Below, piece after piece: positions 23,267 to 32,274 of a DNA stretch of 34,674 nt. The position numbers and the translations under genes are program-made. The DNA comes from Patescibacteria group bacterium (GTDB lineage Bacteria; Patescibacteriota; Microgenomatia; Daviesbacterales; UBA10151). The notes beneath the pieces were generated by a model. The model had not been told where the DNA came from, did no database searches, and saw only the letters and a list, made by a program, of their open reading frames with translations. The stretch lies in NCBI GenBank assembly GCA_018816815.1, contig JAHIVD010000050.1, positions 1 to 34,674 on the forward strand, written 5' to 3'. Numbering within the stretch: position 1 is the stretch's first letter; the number at the start of each line of letters is the position of its first letter.

Positions 23267-24355
23267 TTACTTCTTGCAGTATATCCCAGCACCCGTACTT
23301 TGAACAAGCCCTGAGATCTCCAGTTTTAAAAGCAGTGCTGAAACTTTTTGTAAATCAAAATTTAATCTTCTGCTGATTTCGTCAATATGTATTTCTTCTT
23401 CTCCCAAGCACTCCAGAATTTTTTTCTCTTTTTCAGAAAGGCCTTGACTGATCAAATTAGATCCACCAGAATAATTAGACTGATTTGACACTCCTAATTC
23501 TTCCAAAACTTCATCTGCACAAAAAACAGCTGTGGCACCGTTTTTAATAAGCCTGCTTGAGCCTTTGGATAACTTTGAGGCAATTGAACCTGGTACGGCA
23601 AAAACTTCTCTTCCTTGCTCCAAAGCTAATCTTGCTGTAATAAGCGACCCTGAATTTTCTGCTGCTTCAATCACTAAAACCCCTAGGGATAGACCGGAAA
23701 TAATTCTGTTTCTGGCAGGAAAATTCCCTGGCAGTGGCGGGCTGTCTGGAGGAAATTCTGAGATGACTGCCCCAAAACCCCTGGTGATTTTTGCAACAAG
23801 CCCTTTATTTTCCGAAGGAAAAATATTATTTAACCCGCCTCCTAAAACTGCAATTGTCTGTCCATTCTCAGAAATAGTAGTTAAGTGTGCCTGAGTATCT
23901 ACCCCTAAAGCCAAACCTGAAACAATGATAAACCCTGCTTGAACCAATTCTTTGGTAAATTGTTCAGTCACTACCTTGCCGTAATCTGTTATTTTTCTAG
24001 TTCCAACAACTCCGATTGTCTTTTCATTCAAATCTATCTTTCCCTTATAATAAAGAACTGTCGGAGGATCATAGATTTGGGCAAGCAGTTTTGGATAATT
24101 CTTATCAAGAACAGTAATCCATTTTATCCCGCTTTCAGCTATTTTCTTTGTATAAGTTTCAGGCTCTAATTTTTTACGGGTTTCTGTTAAAAGCTTAACA
24201 ATATTTTTGTAGATACCAAGTTTTAGCAGCTCTTCTCCATTTGCCTCCCATGCCAGTTTTGGATCCTGAAAATGCTGCAAAATCGTTTTCAATCTGATTG
24301 GCCCCAAACCATCTATAGAATGAAGTGCAAGAAGATATGACTCGTTTTGAATCAT
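23267..24355 (-). CDS. dprA: DNA processing protein DprA (Smf)
   Basis: SAM-like N-terminus L.L.SI.GLGP.R...L, a Rossmann core VGTRK.T.YG........L...G..IVSGLALG(V)D..AH, G.TIAVLG.G......P..N, and a winged-helix C-terminus. The start is set at ATG 24355 (MIQNESYLL). Confidence 0.85.
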   Translation of the reverse strand: MIQNESYLLALHSIDGLGPIRLKTILQHFQDPKLAWEANGEELLKLGIYKNIVKLLTETRKKLEPETYTKKIAESGIKWITVLDKNYPKLLAQIYDPPTVLYYKGKIDLNEKTIGVVGTRKITDYGKVVTEQFTKELVQAGFIIVSGLALGVDTQAHLTTISENGQTIAVLGGGLNNIFPSENKGLVAKITRGFGAVISEFPPDSPPLPGNFPARNRIISGLSLGVLVIEAAENSGSLITARLALEQGREVFAVPGSIASKLSKGSSRLIKNGATAVFCADEVLEELGVSNQSNYSGGSNLISQGLSEKEKKILECLGEEEIHIDEISRRLNFDLQKVSALLLKLEISGLVQSTGAGIYCKK

Positions 24356-24498
24356 TTTATTATTACATATTACACCACTTACACCACGGCACCAAATAAC
24401 TAGAATCAGAAGAAGATTTTGAACCAATATTTATTTAATACCGATTTTCCAAACTCCTTTTTCTCTAAAAGCAGAAAATGTTTACACAATACAGACCC

Positions 24499-24527
24499 TT
24501 GACAAATAAATATGCAATGTATATACT
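24499..24527 (+). promoter_or_regulatory. sigma70-like promoter of the toxin-antitoxin operon
   Basis: TTGACA (24499-24504), 17-nt spacer, TATACT (24522-24527). It is followed by TATATA-n6-TATATA, a possible operator. Confidence 0.5.
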
Positions 24528-24565
24528 TTGATATATAGACAGTAGGCTATAATTTAAATCAATTT

Positions 24566-24853
24566 ATGAACACCACAGGTACTGGTATCTACATCCGAAT
24601 GAAGTCTGATATGAAAAAAGAGGCCCAAGAAGTAGCTGATAAATTGGGCTTCAGTCTTAGTACTTTAATCAAAGCCTACGTAAAACAGCTTATCAAAACT
24701 AAACATATAGATTTTAGCCTTGAGGAAAAACCAAGCAAATTTCTTATTGACTCTATAAAAAGAGCTGAAAGAGATATAAAAGAAGGTAATGTTTCCCCTG
24801 CATTCAAAACAGGAAAAGAAGCTACAGCGTGGCTTGAAAAACAAGGTATATGA
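24566..24853 (+). CDS. RelB/DinJ-family antitoxin
   Basis: IYIRMKSDMKKEAQEVADKLGFSLSTLIKAYVKQL matches the DinJ ribbon-helix-helix pattern (v.iR.d..lK..A..v...lGl..S.a). There is a 4-nt ATGA overlap with the toxin gene. Confidence 0.7.
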   Translation: MNTTGTGIYIRMKSDMKKEAQEVADKLGFSLSTLIKAYVKQLIKTKHIDFSLEEKPSKFLIDSIKRAERDIKEGNVSPAFKTGKEATAWLEKQGI

Positions 24854-25119
24854 TTGTCAAATATACCGGTAATTTCCTTAAACAACTCAAAAAATCAAAT
24901 ATAAGAATACGAAAAGCTTTTAAACAACGCCTTTTGCTGTTTGTTAAAGATACGAATGATCTTGAACTTAATAACCACCCCCTCCAAAAAGATTATGCAG
25001 GTTATAAAAGTATAGATATTACCGCAGAATATAGAGCTATTTACAAAGAAGTCATTCAAAAAGATGATACATATATTTATTTTGCCGCGTTTGGAACCCA
25101 CAATCAGCTCTACGGATAA
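24850..25119 (+). CDS. YafQ/RelE-family mRNA interferase toxin
   Basis: NHPLQKDYAGYKSIDITAEYRAIYKEV...IYFAAFGTHNQLYG aligns by eye to E. coli YafQ DHPLQGSWKGYRDAHVEPDWILIYK...FERTGTHAALFG. Confidence 0.75.
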   Translation: MIVKYTGNFLKQLKKSNIRIRKAFKQRLLLFVKDTNDLELNNHPLQKDYAGYKSIDITAEYRAIYKEVIQKDDTYIYFAAFGTHNQLYG

Positions 25120-25158
25120 CAATGATTCACATATTTTGCGGGCTAAATTCACACTATT

Positions 25159-25614
25159 TTAAGTTTGCTCGGGAATTGTAACTTTAATGGATAGCGTTTC
25201 TTTTCCAGGTAGTTTTAATCGTAGCTTTTTCCACTCTCTCTCTGAAATCTCGTCAATAGTATAACCTTGATCCAGAACCATCTTAAACACCGGCAAAACC
25301 GACTAAAGCCGCAGATGAACTGGATGTCCAAATAACCAGACATTGATTATCTGGCCTTTTGAGAAAGAAGATCAAACGCTTTCATAATCCCTTGCTCGTT
25401 TAAAGCCGGCGGGCCTTTGAAAAAATTATCACAAAATGTTTTTACTATCAAAACAACCTGAGACTCAGGGATTTTTTATTCAACCACAGGCTCAAGTGGT
25501 GGTTTTTGGCTGATTATTTCCTCTTGTTTTTCTAGTACAATCACAAAATTGTGTTACAAAAGCTTCTCCGGCCTGCTCCAAAGCACCTTGTAACTTTACT
25601 GCGAAGTAAGTCAT
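25159..25614 (-). pseudogene. decayed ORF remnant downstream of mrdA (three or more coding-like fragments separated by a frameshift and in-frame stops)
   Basis: Fragment 1 runs 25614-25492 (MTYFAVKLQGALEQAGEAFVTQF...), and its ATG overlaps the mrdA TGA as ATGA. Fragment 2 runs 25544-25347, with an in-frame TAA at 25476-25478 and a terminal TAA at 25347-25349. Fragment 3 runs 25281-25159 (MVLDQGYTIDEISEREWKKLRLKLPGKETLSIKVTIPEQT). Confidence 0.3.
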
Positions 25615-27491
25615 TCATCTGAATTTTTTTCCGGCGATTCTTCAGATACCGGCAATACCTGTATATAAATATCTTCAATAAGTCTATTTTTATCAGGAGA
25701 AAAATACCAGCGGTAGGCTTCTTTAGCTATTGATGCAGCAACATCCGACCCTTCTCCTCCGCCTTCTGCCAAAACAGTTAAAGCAATTTTCGGATCATCA
25801 GCAGAAGCAAAAGATGTATACCATGCATGGGTTTTACCTTTTGGATCACCATACTCTGCTGTACCGGTTTTGCCTGCCGTAGGAATTGGGAAATTGAAGA
25901 ATGGCCAAGCTGTTCCAGTTCCTTTAGGAACTAATTTCATCCCTTCTTTTACCTTCGCCACCATTTCTTTTGGTAATAAATCAGAAGCTATAATTTCAGG
26001 CGGATCATTAAGAAGAAGTTCTGGTTTATAAAGTATACCTTCGTTTGCAATGTAAGAGGTGATTCCCAAAATTTGAAGCGGTGTTGTCAAAACAAACCCC
26101 TGACCAATCGCCATATGCAAAGTATCTCCCGGATACCAAGGCTGTCCAATATTTTTTTGTTTCCATTCATCCGTAGGAATGAGTCCTACCTCCTCACCAG
26201 GTAAATCTATCCCCATTTTCCCGCCTAAATTCAACTTCCTAGCCCAATCAATTAAACTTTCCTCTCCTATAATTTGCGCAATTTTGTAAAAGTAAATATC
26301 ATTTGACCGCTCAATAGCTTTTGCCAAATTGACATAACCTTCAGTCTTACCGTATTGGTTAAAATACCAATTGGTAAATGGATACGGCCCCAAATACATC
26401 ACCCCAGTATCTTCAAAAACCGTATCTGAATTGATTTTATCGGAGGCAAGCACAGCAAGAGCGGAAATAATCTTAAAAGTTGACCCAGGAGGATAAGTAC
26501 CTCCTATAGCCCTATTTAAAATGGGGGAATCCAAACGGGAAAAAATTTCACTGATAGCACTATCATTATCATTTTGCGAAAACACATTCGGATCAAAAGA
26601 AGGCAAAGATACCAGTGCTAAAATTTTACCGCTACCAGGATCTGCTGCCACTGCCACACCGCAACAACTGTTGGATTTTGCAAAAGCTCCGGTTAACAGC
26701 TGATAAAGTTTTTGCTGTAAAGATGCATCTATTGAAAGATGGATATTTTGCCCAGGTACCGGAGGTTGCAAGCGCAATACTCTTAGTCTTTGCCCTGTTG
26801 AATCAACTTCAATAATTTCTCCTCCATCTGTTCCTTTTAAGATCTTTTCATATTGAGCCTCTATCCCGATTTGACCGATAACATCTCCTGGGTGATAGCC
26901 CTCAAATTTTTTATCTTTAAGTTGATTTTCTGTAATCTCCCCCAAAAATCCCACAACGTGTGCAAATTCAGCACCTAAAGGATAATCCCTAACACTATCA
27001 ATTTCTAGATTAAGCGCTCTAGGATCATTTTTCACTTCCCACTTAAGTGCCTCTTCTCTTGTTACGTATTTATATTTTTGTTTACCTTCAACACTAGAAC
27101 TTAAACGGAAAGCCGGAGAATTAGCAGCCAAAATTTTGCCATTCCGATCAAAAATTACTCCGCGGGGAGCATGAATTGTTTTAATCTGGATGCGATTACC
27201 GTCTGCAAGAGCTCTGTTTGTTTCACCTTCAACTATTTGAAGATGAAAAAGTCTTAAAAAAATAATAAAAAATAGAATCAAGCACAAGCTTAAAAGAAAT
27301 ACGATCCTCCATGTTCTTGAGCTTAATAACTCTTGGTTTTCCGATCGGAAATTTGGCAGCAGAAAATCTATCCAACTGCTCGCTTCCCCTTTTTTAATTT
27401 TCGCATCAGAAGATTTAAAACTAACTTTAGAGGTAATTTTTGTCACTTCTTCAGAAAAACCTGGACCTAAATTAAGTTTTTTTTTAGCCAT
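25611..27491 (-). CDS. mrdA: penicillin-binding protein 2 (elongasome transpeptidase)
   Basis: N-terminal TM segment, a pedestal domain, and transpeptidase motifs STFK, SND and KTGTA. It lies immediately downstream of mreC-mreD. Confidence 0.9.
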   Translation of the reverse strand: MAKKKLNLGPGFSEEVTKITSKVSFKSSDAKIKKGEASSWIDFLLPNFRSENQELLSSRTWRIVFLLSLCLILFFIIFLRLFHLQIVEGETNRALADGNRIQIKTIHAPRGVIFDRNGKILAANSPAFRLSSSVEGKQKYKYVTREEALKWEVKNDPRALNLEIDSVRDYPLGAEFAHVVGFLGEITENQLKDKKFEGYHPGDVIGQIGIEAQYEKILKGTDGGEIIEVDSTGQRLRVLRLQPPVPGQNIHLSIDASLQQKLYQLLTGAFAKSNSCCGVAVAADPGSGKILALVSLPSFDPNVFSQNDNDSAISEIFSRLDSPILNRAIGGTYPPGSTFKIISALAVLASDKINSDTVFEDTGVMYLGPYPFTNWYFNQYGKTEGYVNLAKAIERSNDIYFYKIAQIIGEESLIDWARKLNLGGKMGIDLPGEEVGLIPTDEWKQKNIGQPWYPGDTLHMAIGQGFVLTTPLQILGITSYIANEGILYKPELLLNDPPEIIASDLLPKEMVAKVKEGMKLVPKGTGTAWPFFNFPIPTAGKTGTAEYGDPKGKTHAWYTSFASADDPKIALTVLAEGGGEGSDVAASIAKEAYRWYFSPDKNRLIEDIYIQVLPVSEESPEKNSDE

Positions 27492-27564
27492 TTATTTTTT
27501 AACTGAATCTCTTTTCGAACAGTAAGAACAATAAATTAAGTAAAAACTTTTGTTCTTTAAAGAA

Positions 27565-28008
27565 TCAGATCTTTAATTTTATTCCTTTTCGAACAATAAA
27601 TCTTTCTTCCCAAAGTCTTACTAAAAAAAGAATAGGTAAGGATAAAAGACAAGAAAGGATTATTTTTGAGAATTCAAAAGTGGACTGACCCAACATTGAA
27701 TTAATGAGCTGATCAAAAGCAAAAAGAAAAAAAGTAAGCGGAACGATAAGCAATGGATTACTTGCCAGCCGCAACTTTGATAAGATTTCTGTTACCTCAA
27801 CCAAGATCAGATATATTAAACTATGAAAACCAATGCTTGCTAGGTTTAAATGTGAAATAAAAATGCCAAAGGCAAAAGCAAGGTAAAGATTTGTACGATC
27901 GGATTTTATATATGACCTACATATTAATATAAGCAACACTAGATCTATTGAAAAAATAGTTGTCTGTATAAATGATGTAATAATTAAAATAATAATTAAG
28001 ATTTTCAT
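27565..28008 (-). CDS. mreD: rod shape-determining protein MreD (assigned by position and topology)
   Basis: 147-aa polytopic membrane protein located between mreC and mrdA. Confidence 0.6.
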   Translation of the reverse strand: MKILIIILIITSFIQTTIFSIDLVLLILICRSYIKSDRTNLYLAFAFGIFISHLNLASIGFHSLIYLILVEVTEILSKLRLASNPLLIVPLTFFLFAFDQLINSMLGQSTFEFSKIILSCLLSLPILFLVRLWEERFIVRKGIKLKI

Positions 28009-28074
28009 AACAAAAAACTTTAGTTATCAATTTTTAGTCATCCTGATCAGATCAGAATAGCTAATAGTTGATAG

Positions 28075-28863
28075 CTACTCCTGAATCACAAATACAAGAT
28101 CCAAGTCTCTTATATCAAAAACCGGAGTAACTTTTGCCTGCTTAAAAACTTCATTTTCCCGCTCCAACACTTCTATAACTTCACCTAAAATCAACCCCCT
28201 GGGTAAAAACCCTTCTAGTCCTTCTGAATAAACTAAATCACCCTGAGCGATTTTTTCCTCATGCAGAATTTTATCCATTAGAATCTCTGTACCAAATTGC
28301 CCAAACAATACTCCTTTTGCTTGACCTTCTTTATTCTGCGAAAATGCAGCCACTTTTGAGTCAGGATCAGTTAAAAGCTCTACGCTTGAGGCCGAAGGCG
28401 AAACCAAAACTATCTTACCTATGAAGTTATTTTTGAATACTACTGCCTGACCCATCTTCACTCCAGACAGGGAACCTTTGTTGATTTTTAAGTATCTGGA
28501 AAGCCCAATTAATCTTGTCGGCAATAAATTATAAGTATCCGGATCAAGATGTTTTTCCTGAGAAAGCTGAGCTTCAGTTTCGGCAATTTTCTTGCGCAGG
28601 TTAGCATTTTCCGATAATAACTGCCCCACCTGTTCTTTCAGAGCTTTGTTTTCTTGAGCTGCAAAGCGGGCTTGAAAAACAAAATAAAATTGTTTACCTA
28701 CATTCCTATTTGTATCATAAATCCCAAAAGAAATTGGGTTGGTGATATAGAACGCTAATTGCTTTGGTAAGTTTAATAGATTAATTTTGTCTAAAACAAG
28801 AAATGTCAGGCTAAAAAATAGAAGTATTAATAAAATTTTTAAATCAGGAATAGTCTTACTCAT
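28075..28863 (-). CDS. mreC: rod shape-determining protein MreC
   Basis: N-terminal TM segment, a coiled coil (ENKALKEQVGQLLSENANLRKKIAETEAQL), and a beta-domain with S.GLEG.LPRGL.LGEV. Confidence 0.8.
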   Translation of the reverse strand: MSKTIPDLKILLILLFFSLTFLVLDKINLLNLPKQLAFYITNPISFGIYDTNRNVGKQFYFVFQARFAAQENKALKEQVGQLLSENANLRKKIAETEAQLSQEKHLDPDTYNLLPTRLIGLSRYLKINKGSLSGVKMGQAVVFKNNFIGKIVLVSPSASSVELLTDPDSKVAAFSQNKEGQAKGVLFGQFGTEILMDKILHEEKIAQGDLVYSEGLEGFLPRGLILGEVIEVLERENEVFKQAKVTPVFDIRDLDLVFVIQE

Positions 28864-28884
28864 TTTGGATCAATATACCATAGC

Positions 28885-28913
28885 TTGCCAGCACCTACAA
28901 ACCTCTATATAAT
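28885..28913 (+). promoter_or_regulatory. sigma70-like promoter upstream of pyrF
   Basis: TTGCCA (28885-28890), 17-nt spacer, TATAAT (28908-28913). Confidence 0.45.
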
Positions 28914-28925
28914 CATCCTAAGACA

Positions 28926-29711
28926 GTGACAAAGACAATGGTAAAACAGACTTTTTTAGACAAACTTAAGGCTGGATGGAATAAAAAAAAATTTATCTGT
29001 GTTGGTTTGGATAATGCAGATTTGCAGTTTAACAAAACTATTGTTGACCTTACTTTTGATCTGGTAGTTGCTTATAAACCAAATATTGCCTTCTATGAAG
29101 CTGTAGAGAATAAGGGCTTGCAAACCCTGAAAGAAATAATTGATTATATAAGAGAAAAATCCCCTGATATGCCAATTATCTTAGATGCAAAACGGGGAGA
29201 TATCGGCAACACTAATGAGGCTTATGTAAAAACTATATTTGATAATCTTGACGTTGACGCAGTCACAGTTCATCCGTATTTAGGTAAAGAGTCTCTTGAG
29301 CCATTTTTAAAAAGAACAGATAAAGGTATTATTGTCCTGGTTAAAACATCAAACAAAGGCGCAGGAGAATTTCAGGATTTAATGGTTGAAGGAAAACCTT
29401 TTTATCAAATAGTTGCAGAACATGTAACAAAGGCGTGGAATACAAATGGAAACTGTGCAGTTGTAGTAGGTGCCACATATCCAGAGGAGTTAAAAAAAGT
29501 TAGGAAGATAGTTGGAGATATGCCAATTTTAGTTCCGGGCATTGGAGCACAGGGCGGAGATCTGGAAGCTACCATCAAAAATGGTTTGAATAGTCAAAAA
29601 CAAGGTTTAATAATTTCTTCATCAAGAGGAATTATTTTTGCACCAAATCCAAGAGAAGCTACTTTAAAATTGCACCAAGATATAGTATCGTCATTGCAAG
29701 AAGCGAAGTGA
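28926..29711 (+). CDS. pyrF: orotidine 5'-phosphate decarboxylase (long, type-2-like)
   Basis: ILDAKRGDIGNT active-site motif; VHPY.G; VLVKTSN; PGIGAQGGD. The start could instead be ATG 28938. Confidence 0.85.
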   Translation: MTKTMVKQTFLDKLKAGWNKKKFICVGLDNADLQFNKTIVDLTFDLVVAYKPNIAFYEAVENKGLQTLKEIIDYIREKSPDMPIILDAKRGDIGNTNEAYVKTIFDNLDVDAVTVHPYLGKESLEPFLKRTDKGIIVLVKTSNKGAGEFQDLMVEGKPFYQIVAEHVTKAWNTNGNCAVVVGATYPEELKKVRKIVGDMPILVPGIGAQGGDLEATIKNGLNSQKQGLIISSSRGIIFAPNPREATLKLHQDIVSSLQEAK

Positions 29712-29781
29712 CAAAGCAATCCGGATCAAATCAGGGTTAATAAGTCAAAGTATCAACTCTCGCAACTGTAAATCATATAAC

Positions 29782-30504
29782 ATGTCTAATCTCACAAAAT
29801 CTCAAGAAGAACTAGCTGATCTTCTTTTAAATACTAAAATTGAAGCAAAAGTTATCAGACGCAAACAAAAAGAGGATGGTTCGTATTATTTAGAAGAAAG
29901 CTCCAAATCTACCAGTCCAATTGATTTTTCTCAGGATCCAGGAGAATTTGCCTTAAAAATTCACGAAGTAAAAATTAAAACACCTCTTTCGCCTATTTAT
30001 GTAAACTTACGGAATTTACCAGAAGAAGTTTTAACAAAAATTGCCCAAGTTCTTTCTGAGATAAAATTGGAAAACCCACAAGAATATTGCACAGGAATTC
30101 CTAATGCAGCTTTAGTGATCGCCCAAAAATTCTCCAGTGTATCAGGTATTCCGTTTATAGATGTATTTGAAAAAAACGGCCAAAATACCCACAGAAAAAT
30201 TGTCATTAAAAAAGAAAATAAACCAAAGCCAGATACTAAACTTTTAGTAATTGATGATGTAATAGCCCATGGAAAATCCAAATTAGAAGCTTTGGAGGCT
30301 GCTAAAACTGTAGGTTTTTATGTCAATATGCTGGTTTTAATTGACCGACAACAAGGCGGAGTGGAACAAGTAGAAGCAAAAGGCTGCAAGGTTTATGCTG
30401 CCTTAAAACTTACTGATATCTTAAACTATTACCTGAAAAAAAACATGATTTCTCAAAAACAATATGAAAAAAGCATGAAATATTTATCAAAGTCGAAAAG
30501 ATAA
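29782..30504 (+). CDS. pyrE: phosphoribosyltransferase, probably orotate PRTase, divergent
   Basis: PRPP-binding motif KLLVIDDVIAHGKSK, and adjacency to pyrF. An N-terminal extension and low overall similarity make the substrate assignment tentative. Confidence 0.55.
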   Translation: MSNLTKSQEELADLLLNTKIEAKVIRRKQKEDGSYYLEESSKSTSPIDFSQDPGEFALKIHEVKIKTPLSPIYVNLRNLPEEVLTKIAQVLSEIKLENPQEYCTGIPNAALVIAQKFSSVSGIPFIDVFEKNGQNTHRKIVIKKENKPKPDTKLLVIDDVIAHGKSKLEALEAAKTVGFYVNMLVLIDRQQGGVEQVEAKGCKVYAALKLTDILNYYLKKNMISQKQYEKSMKYLSKSKR

Positions 30505-30539
30505 AGATAAAGATAATTTAAGATAGTTTTTGCAAAAAC

Positions 30540-31613
30540 TTAAGATAATTTCTGTTTAATCTCCTGAGCTAAATAAGGATTCCACATGGCTCCGGTGGCT
30601 GACATCACTGCATCTGCTCCAGCATCTAAATATGCAAAATAATCTTCAGGCTTCATCACCCCTCCAACACCAATAATCTTGATACCAGCTCCAGCTTTCT
30701 GTCTAATCTTTACCAATCTCTCAACCATATCTAATCCTGCCCATCTAATACCTGCGCCGCACACTCCTGACCTGGTTCTATTTTTTCCAGGCAAAGCTTG
30801 ATTACCTTCTTTATCCACAATTTCAGCTGAGACTGTATTGATAGAAGCAATAGCTTGAGCGTATTTTTCACAAATTCCTACTAATTTCTTTAAATCGTCA
30901 TCGCTTTGAAAGTAACCTATTTTTATAATCAGAGGTAAATCACCAATTTCTTTACGAATTGCCTGACATACTTTTTCCGTCATGTCCAAGTTGTAACAAA
31001 TCAAGCCTTCATTACCGATATTCGGGCAAGATAAATTTGCTTCCAAAATTTTTACCCCGGTTTCTTTGGACAATTTGGCACCCAGCACATAATCTGCAAT
31101 AAATTCTTCAGTTGTTTGATTTTCCCTAACTGTCCCCATAAAACTTAATACCAAAGCTTGACCTTTGCCTGCGCAGGAAATGGCTTTTTTTACATCCTCT
31201 TGCCAAGTTTTCGAATCTTTAGAAGGCACTCCAAAAGAGTTTGTAATAGATAAAGGCTCCGAGTAATTATTATCTGCAATAAGCTTGGTTTTAGCTTTTT
31301 CAACCGTCAAATCACCTTCGATTTTTACAGCTAAAATATTGGGGAACGGATGGCAAGGGAAAAAACTATTCCTGATGGTTTTATAAACACAAATATCAAA
31401 ACCTTTACTGAAAGCGCTCTTGCAAAATTTTGTATTTACTAGCGGACCAGCCGGAATCCCAAAAGGTAAATATACTTTTTGACCCAGAAAATCATGCCGG
31501 GGTTGTTCGTTTTCTTGTTTGAATCTCTCCCCATCAGCAAAAGCCCCAAAGGGGCCTTGGTCGTAATTGTCATCATAGCTTTTGTTGGGATTATAAAAGG
31601 GAATTTTCAACAT
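30540..31613 (-). CDS. pyrD: dihydroorotate dehydrogenase-family flavoenzyme (class-1-like), divergent
   Basis: FGIPAGP, the EANLSCPN motif, and the IGVGGV...A.....AGADAVM...G TIM-barrel FMN-binding C-terminus. It carries an N-terminal extension of about 45 aa. Confidence 0.65.
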   Translation of the reverse strand: MLKIPFYNPNKSYDDNYDQGPFGAFADGERFKQENEQPRHDFLGQKVYLPFGIPAGPLVNTKFCKSAFSKGFDICVYKTIRNSFFPCHPFPNILAVKIEGDLTVEKAKTKLIADNNYSEPLSITNSFGVPSKDSKTWQEDVKKAISCAGKGQALVLSFMGTVRENQTTEEFIADYVLGAKLSKETGVKILEANLSCPNIGNEGLICYNLDMTEKVCQAIRKEIGDLPLIIKIGYFQSDDDLKKLVGICEKYAQAIASINTVSAEIVDKEGNQALPGKNRTRSGVCGAGIRWAGLDMVERLVKIRQKAGAGIKIIGVGGVMKPEDYFAYLDAGADAVMSATGAMWNPYLAQEIKQKLS

Positions 31614-31615
31614 TT

Positions 31616-32257
31616 TTAAATGTTAGCACTTCTTAAGATTTTTAACAAATCTTCAATATTATCTATTAAATAATCAGGACCGTACTTAGCGATATCTTGT
31701 CCCAAAAAACCATAAGTAACACCCACTGTTTTCACCTTAGCATTTCTGCCCGCCAAAATATCTTGCGCCATATCACCAACCATATATGAATTTTCTGGTT
31801 TCACTTTCAACTTTTTTAAAGCAAACAATAAATGTTCTTGATGCGGTTTTGGATTAGTTACATCATCAGGAGATACTACTGCGTCAAAGCAGTCATGAAC
31901 TCCAGCATACTGAAGTAAACGCAGCAAGCTCTTTCTTGTTCTGTTGCTGACAGCAGCTAAGAAAAACCCGTCATTTTTTAGAGATTTAAGAGTTTCCTCT
32001 GCTTTTGGAAATATTTTAATTGTACGGAAATTATTTTCCTGAAATTCAACGTGGGCTTTAACAAATACTGATACATCAGCACCAGGCATAAGCACTTTAT
32101 AAAACTCAGTAAGAGGGCTTCCTGTCGCCTTTTTGATATTTTTTTCCGTAGGATAAGGATATCCATGGGTAGTTAAGCTATGTCTTAATGCATTAAAGAC
32201 AAAATCCCGGGTATCCAGTATTGTCCCGTCAATATCAAAAAGAATGGCTTTTTTCAT
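31616..32257 (-). CDS. HAD-superfamily hydrolase (phosphoglycolate phosphatase/PpaX-like)
   Basis: Motif I AILFDIDGTILDT, motif II AAVSNR, motif IV MVGDMAQDI. Confidence 0.8.
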   Translation of the reverse strand: MKKAILFDIDGTILDTRDFVFNALRHSLTTHGYPYPTEKNIKKATGSPLTEFYKVLMPGADVSVFVKAHVEFQENNFRTIKIFPKAEETLKSLKNDGFFLAAVSNRTRKSLLRLLQYAGVHDCFDAVVSPDDVTNPKPHQEHLLFALKKLKVKPENSYMVGDMAQDILAGRNAKVKTVGVTYGFLGQDIAKYGPDYLIDNIEDLLKILRSANI

Positions 32258-32274
32258 AATGTTCTCTATTCTTC

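Noticed and set aside
27511-27601. Direct repeat CTTTTCGAACA...ATAAAT. One copy lies in the mreD-mrdA spacer (27511-27536, with an internal GAACA duplication) and one at the 3' end of mreD (27585-27601).
   Set aside because: It is short and AT-rich, and is most simply a small duplication or chance match. No structure or motif is attached to it.
30525-30540. Palindrome AGTTTTTGCAAAAACT between the convergent pyrE-like and pyrD-like genes, as a possible bidirectional terminator.
   Set aside because: It is almost entirely A/T, leaves a very short stem once a loop is allowed, and overlaps the pyrD-like stop codon. It is too weak to call.
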